A DNA stretch of 64,000 nt from Thermodesulfobium acidiphilum (GCF_003057965.1 NZ_CP020921.1:208100-272099); one strand, 5' to 3'; shown: positions 9,841 through 19,535, counted from the first letter of the stretch. The notes: generated from the sequence alone by a model not told the origin. Numbers and translations: made by a program.

Positions 9841-11073
9841 TTGCTAGTTGTTAAAAAATTCGGAGGCACTTCTGTTGGAAGTCCTGAAAGAGTTAAACAC
9901 GTTGCAAATCTTATCAAAAGATCTGTTCAAAACGGTGATAAAGTGGTTGTAGTTGTTTCTGCAATGGGGGATTCCACCGATCATCTTGTTTCTCTAGCAG
10001 GTCAGATTACGAATAATCCCTCTCCTAGAGAAATGGATGTTTTGCTTTCCACTGGAGAACAGGTTTCTATAGCTTTAATGGTTATGGCACTTAATGAAAT
10101 AGGTATAGAAGCTATCTCTTTTACAGGTTGGCAAGCAAATATAAGGACGAGTTGTGTACATGAAAAAGCAAGAGTATTATCAATAGATCCAAGATTATTG
10201 TTAGATGCTTTAAATGCAGATAAAATACCGGTAGTAGCAGGTTTTCAGGGTATTGCTGATGATAATTCTATAACTACACTTGGAAGAGGAGGATCCGATA
10301 CTACAGCTGTTGCTATTGCTGCTGCTATAAAAGCTGATTTATGTGAGATATATACTGATGTAAAGGGAGTTTTTACAACAGACCCAAGGGTAGTAAAGGA
10401 AGCCAGACAAATAATGACAGTTACATACGATGAAATGATGGAGTTAGCTCTTTTGGGTGCAAAGGTTTTGCACCCCAGATCGGTAGAACTTGCTAAGCAC
10501 TATGGAGTGGTGTTGAAAGTGCTTTCAAGTTTTGATGATTGTCAAGGTACAGAAGTTAGGGAGGTGACAGATATGGAAAATAGAAATGTTGTAACAGGAA
10601 TTGCTTTTGATGAGGACGTTGCAAAAGTTGGCATAATAAAGGTTCCTGATAGACCAGGAATAGCGTATAAAATTTTTGGAAGTCTTGCAGAAGAAAATAT
10701 TAACGTTGACGTTATAGTACAATCTATTTCTCCTGATACGAATTTTACTGAAATGGCATTCACTTTATCTTTAAAAGATCTTCTTAAAGCTCTTAAGATT
10801 CTAAAAGTGGTTTCTAAAGAGATAGGAGCTCAAGGGGTCGTATATGACGATAATGTAGCAAAGGTATCAATTGTAGGAGCTGGTATGGGAGATAGGCCAG
10901 GAGTTGCTGCTACTATGTTTAAGGCTCTGGCCGATGTAAATATTAATCTTCAAATGGTTTCAACGTCAGAGATCAAGATATCCTGTATAATTGCAAGAGA
11001 AGATGTTAAAAAGGCAGTTAAAGCTATTCACGATGCCTTCAATCTTGATAAGGAGGGTTTTTCTTGTGATTAG
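9841..11073 (+). CDS. lysC: Aspartate kinase (alpha subunit)
   Basis: KFGGTS, VVSAMG, TLGRGGSD, YTDV, two ACT domains; TTG start at 9841 after GGAGGTG (ORF track 9823). Confidence 0.96.
   Translation: MLVVKKFGGTSVGSPERVKHVANLIKRSVQNGDKVVVVVSAMGDSTDHLVSLAGQITNNPSPREMDVLLSTGEQVSIALMVMALNEIGIEAISFTGWQANIRTSCVHEKARVLSIDPRLLLDALNADKIPVVAGFQGIADDNSITTLGRGGSDTTAVAIAAAIKADLCEIYTDVKGVFTTDPRVVKEARQIMTVTYDEMMELALLGAKVLHPRSVELAKHYGVVLKVLSSFDDCQGTEVREVTDMENRNVVTGIAFDEDVAKVGIIKVPDRPGIAYKIFGSLAEENINVDVIVQSISPDTNFTEMAFTLSLKDLLKALKILKVVSKEIGAQGVVYDDNVAKVSIVGAGMGDRPGVAATMFKALADVNINLQMVSTSEIKISCIIAREDVKKAVKAIHDAFNLDKEGFSCD
10573..11073 (+). CDS. lysC: Aspartate kinase beta subunit (internal in-frame start)
   Basis: AGGGAGGTGA SD at 10558-10567, ATG at 10573 in frame (Met245), directly before the ACT domains. 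Confidence 0.7.
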   Translation: MENRNVVTGIAFDEDVAKVGIIKVPDRPGIAYKIFGSLAEENINVDVIVQSISPDTNFTEMAFTLSLKDLLKALKILKVVSKEIGAQGVVYDDNVAKVSIVGAGMGDRPGVAATMFKALADVNINLQMVSTSEIKISCIIAREDVKKAVKAIHDAFNLDKEGFSCD

Positions 11074-12220
11074 AACGATAGAGGAGATTAACGAGAAGAT
11101 TAGTAAAGATGAGGTTGTAGTTTTAACTGCTAAAGAGGCTTATGATCTTGTTAAAGAAGAGGGAGTCAAAAAAGCTGCTTCACAGGTAGATATTGTTACT
11201 ACGGGAACTTTTGGAGCTATGTGTTCATCCGGGGTATTCTTAAATTTTGGTCACACTGAGCCTCCTTTAAAGATGGAAACTGTAAAGTTGAATTCAGTTT
11301 CAGCTTATGGTTATATTGCTGCAGTTGATGCTTATCTTGGTGCTACTGCTAGATCTTCTGAAAATCCAGAATATGGCGGTGCACATGTGATTGAAGATCT
11401 TTTGTCAGGTAAAAGAATTAGACTTGAAGCTTCAGGTACTGGTACTGATTGTTATCCTAAAAAAGACTTAGATACAAAGATAACTCTTGATCAAATAAAT
11501 GAAGCAATAATGTTTAATCCAAGAAATTGCTATCAAAATTATGCTGCAGCAACTAACTCTTCTGACACAAGACTATATACCTATATGGGGGCGCTTTTGC
11601 CAAAATATGGCAACGTTAATTATGCTACATGCGGAATGTGGTCTCCATTACTCAAAGATCCTGAGTATAGGACAATAGGTATAGGAACGAGGATTTTTTT
11701 TGGCGGGTCTATAGGTTATGTGGCGTGGCACGGTACTCAACACAATTCGTCAAAACCTAGAGATGAAAATAATTTGCCAATTGGACCTGCTGGTACGCTC
11801 GCCTTAATTGGAAATTTGAAAGCTATGAACAAAAGATATGTTAGAGGGGCATACTTTGAAGGTTATGGAGTATCTTTAATGATGGGAGTAGGCATACCTA
11901 TCCCAGTAATAGATGAAGATATGATGCAGCAGTTATCTCTTGGCAATGAGGATATAAAAACAGTAATTGTTGATTATTCTGTTGCTTCGCGTTCGCGACC
12001 AATTGTGAGAGAAGTAAGTTATCAGGAATTAAGAAGCGGTTTTGTTGAAATACATGGAAGAAAGGTACCAACAGGTTCTACCTCTTCGTGGGCACTGGCA
12101 AGAGAGATAGCTACAGTTTTGAAACAGATGATCCTGGAAAAGAGGTTTTTCTTAAGTGAGCCAGTAGAGCCATTGCCTAAGGATAGAATAGTAAAGCCAT
12201 TGGAGGTAAGGAGAAGATGA
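11066..12220 (+). CDS. DUF39 homocysteine biosynthesis protein (aspartate-semialdehyde sulfurtransferase, MA1821-like), no CBS domains
   Basis: RTIEEINEKI, VDIVTTGTFGAMCSSG, GTDCYP, NPRNCYQNY, TYMG, IGIGTRIF, GTQH; GTG start at 11066 after AAGGAGGG (ORF track 10991). Confidence 0.88.
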   Translation: MIRTIEEINEKISKDEVVVLTAKEAYDLVKEEGVKKAASQVDIVTTGTFGAMCSSGVFLNFGHTEPPLKMETVKLNSVSAYGYIAAVDAYLGATARSSENPEYGGAHVIEDLLSGKRIRLEASGTGTDCYPKKDLDTKITLDQINEAIMFNPRNCYQNYAAATNSSDTRLYTYMGALLPKYGNVNYATCGMWSPLLKDPEYRTIGIGTRIFFGGSIGYVAWHGTQHNSSKPRDENNLPIGPAGTLALIGNLKAMNKRYVRGAYFEGYGVSLMMGVGIPIPVIDEDMMQQLSLGNEDIKTVIVDYSVASRSRPIVREVSYQELRSGFVEIHGRKVPTGSTSSWALAREIATVLKQMILEKRFFLSEPVEPLPKDRIVKPLEVRRR

Positions 12221-12633
12221 GCACAGAGATTGTTAAAAAGAAACTAATATTGAGTTTTTCTCCTGAACTCGCTGAGCTTCCGATTACATATCACCTCGTA
12301 AAGGACTTTGATCTTGTGGTTAATATTCTTAGAGCTCAGATATCTCCAGAAAAAGAGGGGAGATTGATGCTCGAGATTGAAGGCGAAAAGGGGAAACTTG
12401 AAAGAGGTATTAGCTATTTGCAGAGTAACAAGATCAGAGTGGACTCTCTTGAAAAGGAATTGTTTCACGATAAAGATCTTTGCGTGAATTGTGGACTTTG
12501 CGTTGGCGTATGTGCAAGCAGAGCTCTAGTTCTTGATGAGAACGATGAACTTAAATTTATAAAAGAGAAGTGTGTAATGTGTGGTATATGTGTAAAGATC
12601 TGTCCGAGAAGGGCTTTTAAGATAGAGTTATAG
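12217..12633 (+). CDS. NIL domain plus 2x[4Fe-4S] ferredoxin (MA1822-like partner)
   Basis: VNILRA NIL motif; CVNCGLCVGVC and CVMCGICVKICP; ATGA coupling to the DUF39 gene. Confidence 0.88.
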   Translation: MSTEIVKKKLILSFSPELAELPITYHLVKDFDLVVNILRAQISPEKEGRLMLEIEGEKGKLERGISYLQSNKIRVDSLEKELFHDKDLCVNCGLCVGVCASRALVLDENDELKFIKEKCVMCGICVKICPRRAFKIEL

Positions 12634-12687
12634 TATTTTCATCTTTAAGAATTTAAGAAATTTTGTTATAATTTAATGCTTAGAGTT

Positions 12688-12762
12688 TGGGGAGTAGCCA
12701 AGCGGTAAGGCACTGGCCTTTGGAGCCAGCATCCGGTGGTTCGAATCCACCCTCCCCAGCCA
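12688..12762 (+). tRNA. tRNA-Gln (UUG)
   Basis: Acceptor TGGGGAG/CTCCCCA, anticodon arm CTGGC-CTTTGGA-GCCAG, GGTTCGAATCC, encoded CCA. Confidence 0.96.
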
Positions 12763-12802
12763 TTTCTTTTTTTGAATTTAATTAAAAATTTAAGGGGGAA
12801 AG

Positions 12803-13732
12803 ATGATATACACAATAACTTTAAATCCAGCTCTTGACAGACAGATATGGGTTGAAGACATAAAGTATGACGAATCAAATAGAATTGTTCGTGAAGCTAC
12901 TTATGCAGGTGGAAAAGGAATAGATGTTTCCAGAGTTCTTGCTAATTTTGGAGCCGATAACGTTGCCTTAGGATTCGTTGGTGGTTTTTCTGGAGAAGAG
13001 CTTGAGGGCAGATTGCTTAACGATGGCGTAAGGTGCAATTTTACTTATATTTCTGCTAACACGAGGACAAATATAGTTTTAAACGACGAAAAGACAAAAT
13101 CTCAAACTCTTTTTAATGCTATAGGTCCTGAGATACAGCCGCAAGATTTAATGAGGCTTATAAAACAGATTCAAAATCTCTCTAACCCTGAATACGTTAT
13201 CATTAGTGGCAGTTTGCCTGTTGGTGTTCAACCAGCTTTTTATAACAAACTTATAGATATAGCCAAAGAGATTGGTGCGAAAGTGGTTTTTGATACTGAT
13301 GGCAAAGCTATGAAAGTTGGTCTTTCCAGTAAACCTCATGTAATAAAGCCGAATATTCACGAATTAGAAAGATTGGTAGACAAAAAACTTAAATATGTAC
13401 CTGAAATTGCTCAGGAAGCAAGATCTATTTGTAAGAGAGGAATTAGTATAGTATTGGTTTCTATGGGTGCAAATGGAATGCTTTGCATCAGCTCTACAGA
13501 AGAATATTGGGCATTTCCTCCACCTGTTAGTGTTCAAAATACCATTGGTGCAGGTGATTCCTCTGTTGCAGGTTTTGTATTGGCATTGAAGGAGGGCAAA
13601 AGTTTAAAAGAAGCTCTTGCTTTTGCCGTGGCAGCTGGAACAGCTACTACTACGAGGCCAGGTACAGCAGTTTGTTTGCCTGAAGATGTAGAAGCTATTT
13701 ATCCAAATGTAACTTTCAGAGATATTGTTTAA
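12803..13732 (+). CDS. 1-phosphofructokinase family hexose kinase (PfkB/FruK)
   Basis: IYTITLNPALD, AGGKGIDVS, IKPNIHEL, NTIGAGDS. Confidence 0.9.
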   Translation: MIYTITLNPALDRQIWVEDIKYDESNRIVREATYAGGKGIDVSRVLANFGADNVALGFVGGFSGEELEGRLLNDGVRCNFTYISANTRTNIVLNDEKTKSQTLFNAIGPEIQPQDLMRLIKQIQNLSNPEYVIISGSLPVGVQPAFYNKLIDIAKEIGAKVVFDTDGKAMKVGLSSKPHVIKPNIHELERLVDKKLKYVPEIAQEARSICKRGISIVLVSMGANGMLCISSTEEYWAFPPPVSVQNTIGAGDSSVAGFVLALKEGKSLKEALAFAVAAGTATTTRPGTAVCLPEDVEAIYPNVTFRDIV

Positions 13733-13780
13733 GATATATAAATAACTTTTTATAAATTTTGTTATGATAAAATATCTTTT

Positions 13781-13874
13781 GGGAGAGTATGTGTCCTGGT
13801 GGATGCCGTGGCCTTCAAAGCCACTGTGGGGTCGAAAGGCTCCGGGTGGGTTCGATTCCCTCACTCTCCCGCCA
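13781..13874 (+). tRNA. selC: tRNA-Sec (UCA)
   Basis: 8-bp acceptor GGGAGAGT/ACTCTCCC, 6-bp D stem with TGGT loop, anticodon loop CT-TCA-AA, long variable arm, G73 + CCA; directly upstream of selB. Confidence 0.95.
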
Positions 13875-13894
13875 AAATCTGATGCGAGTGGTGA

Positions 13895-15775
13895 ATGAGA
13901 GATTTTATTTTAGGAACTGCAGGCCACATAGATCACGGTAAAACTGAATTAATTGCAAGATTGACCGGGAGAAGAACTGAACGTTTCCCTGAAGAGAGAA
14001 TCAGGGGTATGACTATTGACATTGGATTCTCCAGTTTAAAATTGCCATGTGGAAAGACACTAGGTATTGTAGATGTTCCAGGACACGAACGGTTTATTGA
14101 TAATATGCTTGTAGGTTCGGCAGGTGTTGATCTTGCTCTTTTGGTAGTGGCAGCTGATGAAGGAATAAAAGAGCAAACTAGAGAACACTTTGAAATATTA
14201 AAGCTTTTAGAAGTTAAAGATGGTTTGGTCGTTATTACAAAAAAGGATTTAGTTGATGAGGAACTACTAGAATACCTAAAGGAAGAGATAAAAGATTTTG
14301 TTAAAGGTAGTTTTTTGGAAAATAATCCTATAATTTGTGCCTCTTCAGTAACGGGTGAAGGGTTTGATGAAATATTAAGAGTATTAAATGACAAGGTAGA
14401 ACTTCTTTATTCAAAGGAATATGATGATAACGAAAAGCCTTTCAGGCTTTTTATAGATAGAAAATTTAAAATTAAGGGCTTTGGGCTTGTTGTGACTGGT
14501 ACTGTTTATTCTGGAAGTATAAGGGTAGGTGATTCTTTAGAAATATTACCATTTAAAGATACTGTCAGAGTAAAAAATCTTGAAAGCCATTTTAGAAAGG
14601 TTCAGGAAGGTCACACTGGTATGAGGTTAGCTGTAAATATTAATACTACTCTGGATGAAAGTTTTGTTACAAGAGGGAAAGTGCTTGTTGAGAAGAATTA
14701 TTATAAAGAATCTACAAAATTTGTAGGATTTTTGAACATTTTAAATTCGTATGAAAATCTTAAAAACAACAAAAGAGTTCATTTATATGTAGGTTCGTCT
14801 TCAAGTGTATGTAGGCTAACTCTTTATGATGATCTTTTAGAAGGGAAAACGTCATACATTGTAAAACTCTCCTGCCAAAATCCTATTTGTGCAGTAAGAG
14901 GTGATAAGTTTATTTTAAGAGATCCATCAGCAAAAAAAACGCTTGGTGGAGGAGTAATATTAGATAATGAACAAGTTAAGTTAAAGGATTTACCTGGATA
15001 TTTGAACGATAAGACAATTATTGACAAAAAAGACTTGAGTTTAAATATTTCTAAAGTAGTTGAAAGAAAGGGCATTGTAGAGCTTTTCGATCTTGCAAAG
15101 AAAGTTAATTATAAATCTGAGTACGTTAAAAAATTTATTTCTGAAACTTCCTTAAACACCTTTGAAAGTGATGGTAAGATTTATTTATTTAGCTATGACT
15201 ATCAGAAAAGCTTGTTTGAAAAGTTGGAAGATATTATCTTTGAAATAGAATCAAAAAATCCTTTTCAAACTCAGATATCAAAGGAGGAGATATTAAAAAA
15301 GTTAGACTCTCCGATTGCTCAAAATATTATTGACAAATATGCAAAAAAGAAAGGATATCTTGTTGACAAAACATATTTATTAAAAGAAAGGGTTTCTAAT
15401 GAAGTTCTGTCAATGGTTGATGAAGTTGAGAGGGATATTAAGAATTTAGGGTTTTCTGTCTTGCCACTCGATGAAATAAGCCTAAAATACAAGGATAAAA
15501 AGGCTTTTAATAGCGTAGTAGCAATTCTTAAGAGAACTCAAAAAATTTTACAGGTTTCTATTTCTCCTGAAATATACATACACTCTTCAACTTTAGAGAG
15601 GTTGATTGATTTATTAAAAGATTTTTTTCAAAGGAACAATGAACTTAGCGTTTCAGATTTTAAAGAACTTACAAATACTACGAGAAAGTTTTCTATTCCT
15701 CTTCTTGAATTTTGTGATAAGATGAGTTTTACTAAAAGAGTTGGAAATATTAGACAAAAAGGAAAGAAATTATAG
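13895..15775 (+). CDS. selB: Selenocysteine-specific elongation factor
   Basis: GTAGHIDHGKT, RGMTIDIGF, DVPGHE, TKKD, C-terminal winged helix TTRKFSIPLLE. Confidence 0.96.
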   Translation: MRDFILGTAGHIDHGKTELIARLTGRRTERFPEERIRGMTIDIGFSSLKLPCGKTLGIVDVPGHERFIDNMLVGSAGVDLALLVVAADEGIKEQTREHFEILKLLEVKDGLVVITKKDLVDEELLEYLKEEIKDFVKGSFLENNPIICASSVTGEGFDEILRVLNDKVELLYSKEYDDNEKPFRLFIDRKFKIKGFGLVVTGTVYSGSIRVGDSLEILPFKDTVRVKNLESHFRKVQEGHTGMRLAVNINTTLDESFVTRGKVLVEKNYYKESTKFVGFLNILNSYENLKNNKRVHLYVGSSSSVCRLTLYDDLLEGKTSYIVKLSCQNPICAVRGDKFILRDPSAKKTLGGGVILDNEQVKLKDLPGYLNDKTIIDKKDLSLNISKVVERKGIVELFDLAKKVNYKSEYVKKFISETSLNTFESDGKIYLFSYDYQKSLFEKLEDIIFEIESKNPFQTQISKEEILKKLDSPIAQNIIDKYAKKKGYLVDKTYLLKERVSNEVLSMVDEVERDIKNLGFSVLPLDEISLKYKDKKAFNSVVAILKRTQKILQVSISPEIYIHSSTLERLIDLLKDFFQRNNELSVSDFKELTNTTRKFSIPLLEFCDKMSFTKRVGNIRQKGKKL

Positions 15776-16495
15776 GTGCTAAATAACCTGGATTTAGATA
15801 TCGAAAGGCTTCATAAGTCCTTTTGGATTCTTTTAAAGCGCTTTAGAAATTTGTTCTTTATATCAGCAATTTTAATAGCAATTGGAGCTGTGATAACCTA
15901 TTTTTCAATACCCTACTTTATGGAATACATCTCAAAACCAGTAGGCAAACTTATATTCCTTACTCCTATCGAAGCGTTTATGACGCAGATGAAATTATGT
16001 TTAATGGGGGGAATATATTTGGCCTGGCCTTATATAATTTTCTATTTCTCAAAAAATTTTATATTGCCTACTAAAATTATTTCTAAAAAGACAATGTGGA
16101 TTGGAATAATTTTTGCTGTTTTGCTTTTTTATTCAGGTTCTTTGTTTGCGTTTTTTGTTATCTTTCCTGTTGGTATCAGGTTTCTCCTGAGTTTTGGTGC
16201 GCCTGAAATTGAACCATTGTTTTCTATAGGCAAATATGTAACGTTTGTTTCTATGTTTGTTTTTATTTTTGGTTTACTTTTTGAAATGCCAATTGTGCTT
16301 TTGGCTTTGGTTAGACTTGGCATAATAAATTCAAAACAACTTGCTTCTCAGAGAAAGAGAGCAATACTAGGCTTTTTTATACTTGCAATGCTAGTTAGCC
16401 CCAGTACTGATGTATTTACTCAATGTACTATGGCAATTCCATTGGTTGTTCTTTATGAAATAACTATTTGGATAGCAAGATTGTGGAAAAAATAA
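15776..16495 (+). CDS. tatC: Twin-arginine translocase TatC
   Basis: TPIEAF, FGLLFEMP, SPSTDVFTQ, LYEITI; multiple TM segments. Confidence 0.93.
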   Translation: MLNNLDLDIERLHKSFWILLKRFRNLFFISAILIAIGAVITYFSIPYFMEYISKPVGKLIFLTPIEAFMTQMKLCLMGGIYLAWPYIIFYFSKNFILPTKIISKKTMWIGIIFAVLLFYSGSLFAFFVIFPVGIRFLLSFGAPEIEPLFSIGKYVTFVSMFVFIFGLLFEMPIVLLALVRLGIINSKQLASQRKRAILGFFILAMLVSPSTDVFTQCTMAIPLVVLYEITIWIARLWKK

Positions 16496-17844
16496 AATTT
16501 TCCATAGCTATTTTGTCTGGTGGAAAAAGTTCTCGAATGGGGCAGGAAAAATCTTTAGTTGAATTTGATGGCAAGACTATGATAGAAAGGATTATTGAAG
16601 AGCTTTCATCGATTTCAGATGATATATTTTTAATTACTAACAAAGAAGATCTTTATTCTTTTCTAAATCTTGAAAAGTTTCCAGATATATATAAAGACTC
16701 TGGTCCACTGGCGGGGATTCATAGTGCTCTTAAACATTCAAAAAATCAGAAAGTGCTTATCTTGAGTTGTGATATGCCATTCGTAAACAAAAATTTTGCA
16801 CTTTATTTATTTGATCAATCAACTGATTATGATGTAACAGTACCTGTCTATAGAGGGTCTTATGAACCACTCTTTGCAATATATGACAAAAAAATTGTTG
16901 ATGTTATTGAAGTTCACCTAAAAAAGAATGAACGAAAAATAATTTCTTTTTATCCGGATGTAAAAGTGAAAAAAATAGAAGAAGACGAGATGTCAGATCG
17001 CTTTGACTGTGAGCTCTTGTTTTTTAACGTAAACACTCCGTCTGATCTAGAATATGCCAGACAGATTCTAAAGCTGAACTTAAATATATCCCCTTTGGAA
17101 AGAATAAAGGTGTCTAATTATAGGGATGGCTTATTAGAAGAGTCAAAAATATTTGTTCCTTGCGAAGAAGAGATAGATATTTATGTTAATAATAATTTTT
17201 TTATCTCATCAAGACTGTCGCCGACACATTTGACTGAATATATAAAGGGTTTTTTGTTCAGTGAGGGAGTAGTAGCATCTAAAGATGATATTAAGGATAT
17301 CAAGATAATAAATAAAAAAGTATTCGTAGAATTAGCATACCCATTTAACAAACAAGAAATGATTCTCACATCTGGTTGCTTTGGTGGCAAATCTTTTAGA
17401 AGTATGAAAAAGCAAAATTTGCCAATAATAAAGAGCGAATTTAGAGTTAGTCTGGAAACAATTTTTAAGAGGTTGAGAGATTTTTTGCATACAAATAACC
17501 TTTATAGAATAAGTGGTGGGATACACGCTGCTGCGCTTTCCACAAAGGATTCGCTTCTTTTTCTATGTGAAGATATAGGCAGACACAGTGCTGTTGATAA
17601 GGCTATTGGTTGGGCATTAGAAAAAGAGATATCCGACGTATTTTTGTTTGTTACCGGAAGAGTTTCTTCCGAGATGGCTATGAAAGCTATCTATTTTGGC
17701 ATTCCAATTATTGTTTCTATGACAGCGGCCTCAAACGTTGCAATAGATTTTTGTAATTTTTCTAATGTTACTCTAATTGGTTATGCTAAAATGAATAGTT
17801 GTAAAATATATACAAATAGACAGAGAATTCTGGAGGTGTTTTAA
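16468..17844 (+). CDS. MobA (Mo cofactor guanylyltransferase)-FdhD (sulfurtransferase) fusion
   Basis: N-half LSGGKSSRMG, GPLAGI, CDMPF, FFNVNTP; C-half TSGC, GGIHAA, EDIGRHSAVDKAIG, TGRVSSEM; start could be GTG 16483. Confidence 0.9.
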   Translation: MDSKIVEKIKFSIAILSGGKSSRMGQEKSLVEFDGKTMIERIIEELSSISDDIFLITNKEDLYSFLNLEKFPDIYKDSGPLAGIHSALKHSKNQKVLILSCDMPFVNKNFALYLFDQSTDYDVTVPVYRGSYEPLFAIYDKKIVDVIEVHLKKNERKIISFYPDVKVKKIEEDEMSDRFDCELLFFNVNTPSDLEYARQILKLNLNISPLERIKVSNYRDGLLEESKIFVPCEEEIDIYVNNNFFISSRLSPTHLTEYIKGFLFSEGVVASKDDIKDIKIINKKVFVELAYPFNKQEMILTSGCFGGKSFRSMKKQNLPIIKSEFRVSLETIFKRLRDFLHTNNLYRISGGIHAAALSTKDSLLFLCEDIGRHSAVDKAIGWALEKEISDVFLFVTGRVSSEMAMKAIYFGIPIIVSMTAASNVAIDFCNFSNVTLIGYAKMNSCKIYTNRQRILEVF

Positions 17845-18054
17845 ATGATCGGTACCCAGGAGTTAGTTATTGTTCTGGTAATAGCTTTAATCTTGTTTGG
17901 CCCAAGCAGGTTGCCAGAACTAGGAAATTCTGTTGGTAAGGCTATAAAGTCTTTCAAAGAGGGAATGGACGAGGTTACACAAGAACCCAAAAAGGAAGAG
18001 AAAAAAGATGCTACAGAGATTAGCGCAAAGGTTGAGGATAGCGAGAAAAAGTAA
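17845..18054 (+). CDS. tatA: Twin-arginine translocase TatA
   Basis: IGTQEL..LFGPSRLPELG..GKAIKSFK. Confidence 0.95.
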   Translation: MIGTQELVIVLVIALILFGPSRLPELGNSVGKAIKSFKEGMDEVTQEPKKEEKKDATEISAKVEDSEKK

Positions 18055-18061
18055 AGAACTT

Positions 18062-19381
18062 TTAATGTAGTCTTAAAACAAAATTTATCAAAAAGGCGAT
18101 TGCAATAACTAAAGAAACGAGGTTGATCTCTTTAAATTTTCCAGCTAATGCTTTTAGTGATACGTAAGATATAAAACCAGCAGCAATTCCGTTTGCGATT
18201 GAAAAAGAAAGTGGCATTAATATAATCGTCATAAAAGCGGGGAAGCTTTCTGTCAAATCTGAAAAATCTATTCTGTGAATTTCTGAAAACATGAGGGTGC
18301 CCACCATTATTAAAGCTGGTGAGGTAGCGACAGCAGGCACTATTCCGATAAGAGGGGTAAAAATTACTGCAAGTCCAAAGCATAATGCTACGACTAGAGC
18401 ACTAAGGCCAGTCCTTCCTCCTTCTGCAATGCCAGCTGCACTTTCTATGTATGAGGTAACAGTGGAAGTGCCTAAAATTGCACTGATCATGGTTCCTATT
18501 GAGTCTGATACAAGAGCCTTATTTAAGTTTGGTATATTACCATCTCTGTCAATAATCTTTCCCTTTGTGGTAAGGCCTATAAGAGTTCCCATATTATCAA
18601 AGAGTTCTACTATCGAAAAAGTAAATATTATTCCCAATATTCCGTAATGAATTGCTCCTAATAAATTCATTTTTAATAATGTATCTGATACGTTTGGCAC
18701 AGAAAAAGAGATAAGGTTACTTACTGAAGTAGGTGCTTTTGTTATACCAAATATTATTGAAAACAAAGTGGTCAAAAGAATGCCTATTAAGATTGCGCCC
18801 TTTGTGCCCTTGCTCATTAAAGTTGCCGTGATAAGCAATCCTAATAATGCAACGAGAACGCCAGGCGATAATAGATGCCCAAAAGACACCAAAGTGTCTT
18901 TGTTTTCTACTATTATTCCTGCATTTTTAAAACCTATAAGGGCAATAAAAAGGCCTATGCCGACTGCTATAGAAGTCCTGAGAACCGTTGGAATGCCCAT
19001 AAAGATTGCTTTTCTAATGTTTGTGATGCTTAAAATAAAGAAAAATATTCCTGAAACAAAAACAGCTCCTAAAGCAGTTTCCCAGGGTAGTCCCATTCCT
19101 ATTACTACAGTATATGTGAAGAAAGCATTTAAACCCATGCCAGGCGCTACAGCTATTGGCAGATTTGCCCAAAGACCCATTAAAAGTGTTGCAATTATAG
19201 TAGAATAAATTGTTGCTCCAATTGCAGCTTCTTTAGGTATGCCTGCCTGAGAAAGTATTGTTGGATTTACAAAGATGATATAAGATAGCGTAATGAAAGT
19301 TGTAAAACCAGCAATAATTTCAATTTTGATGTTTGTTTTTCTAGAATTTAGATGAAAGACTTTTTCCATCAGATCTATCAT
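18062..19381 (-). CDS. NCS2/AzgA family purine permease
   Basis: AGFTTF, APGMGLNAFF, YIESAAGIAEGGRTG, PLSFSIANG. Confidence 0.92.
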   Translation of the reverse strand: MIDLMEKVFHLNSRKTNIKIEIIAGFTTFITLSYIIFVNPTILSQAGIPKEAAIGATIYSTIIATLLMGLWANLPIAVAPGMGLNAFFTYTVVIGMGLPWETALGAVFVSGIFFFILSITNIRKAIFMGIPTVLRTSIAVGIGLFIALIGFKNAGIIVENKDTLVSFGHLLSPGVLVALLGLLITATLMSKGTKGAILIGILLTTLFSIIFGITKAPTSVSNLISFSVPNVSDTLLKMNLLGAIHYGILGIIFTFSIVELFDNMGTLIGLTTKGKIIDRDGNIPNLNKALVSDSIGTMISAILGTSTVTSYIESAAGIAEGGRTGLSALVVALCFGLAVIFTPLIGIVPAVATSPALIMVGTLMFSEIHRIDFSDLTESFPAFMTIILMPLSFSIANGIAAGFISYVSLKALAGKFKEINLVSLVIAIAFLINFVLRLH

Positions 19382-19535
19382 AAATTTTCACCTCGAAAAA
19401 ATATAATCTATATATTTTACATCTTTGTGAAAAAACTTAAATAGAAATATGTTTTAATATTTTTGTAGAAATTATTTCTTAAGTGAATTAAAATGTTAAT
19501 CTAAAATTTTAAATAAGTAATTTTGGAGGTAGAGC

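Noticed and set aside
12688..13874. pfkB flanked by two tRNAs as a possible integrated element
   Set aside because: No integrase, no duplicated tRNA 3' end seen, and no evident compositional shift
18291..19208. Antisense ORFs of 118 and 146 aa over the NCS2 permease, and the many other 60-150 aa shadow ORFs in the track
   Set aside because: They lie fully within well-supported genes and show no recognisable motifs; typical antisense or alternate-frame shadows
19382..19535. Purine riboswitch upstream of the NCS2 permease
   Set aside because: The region is almost all A/T, with no aptamer core or stems
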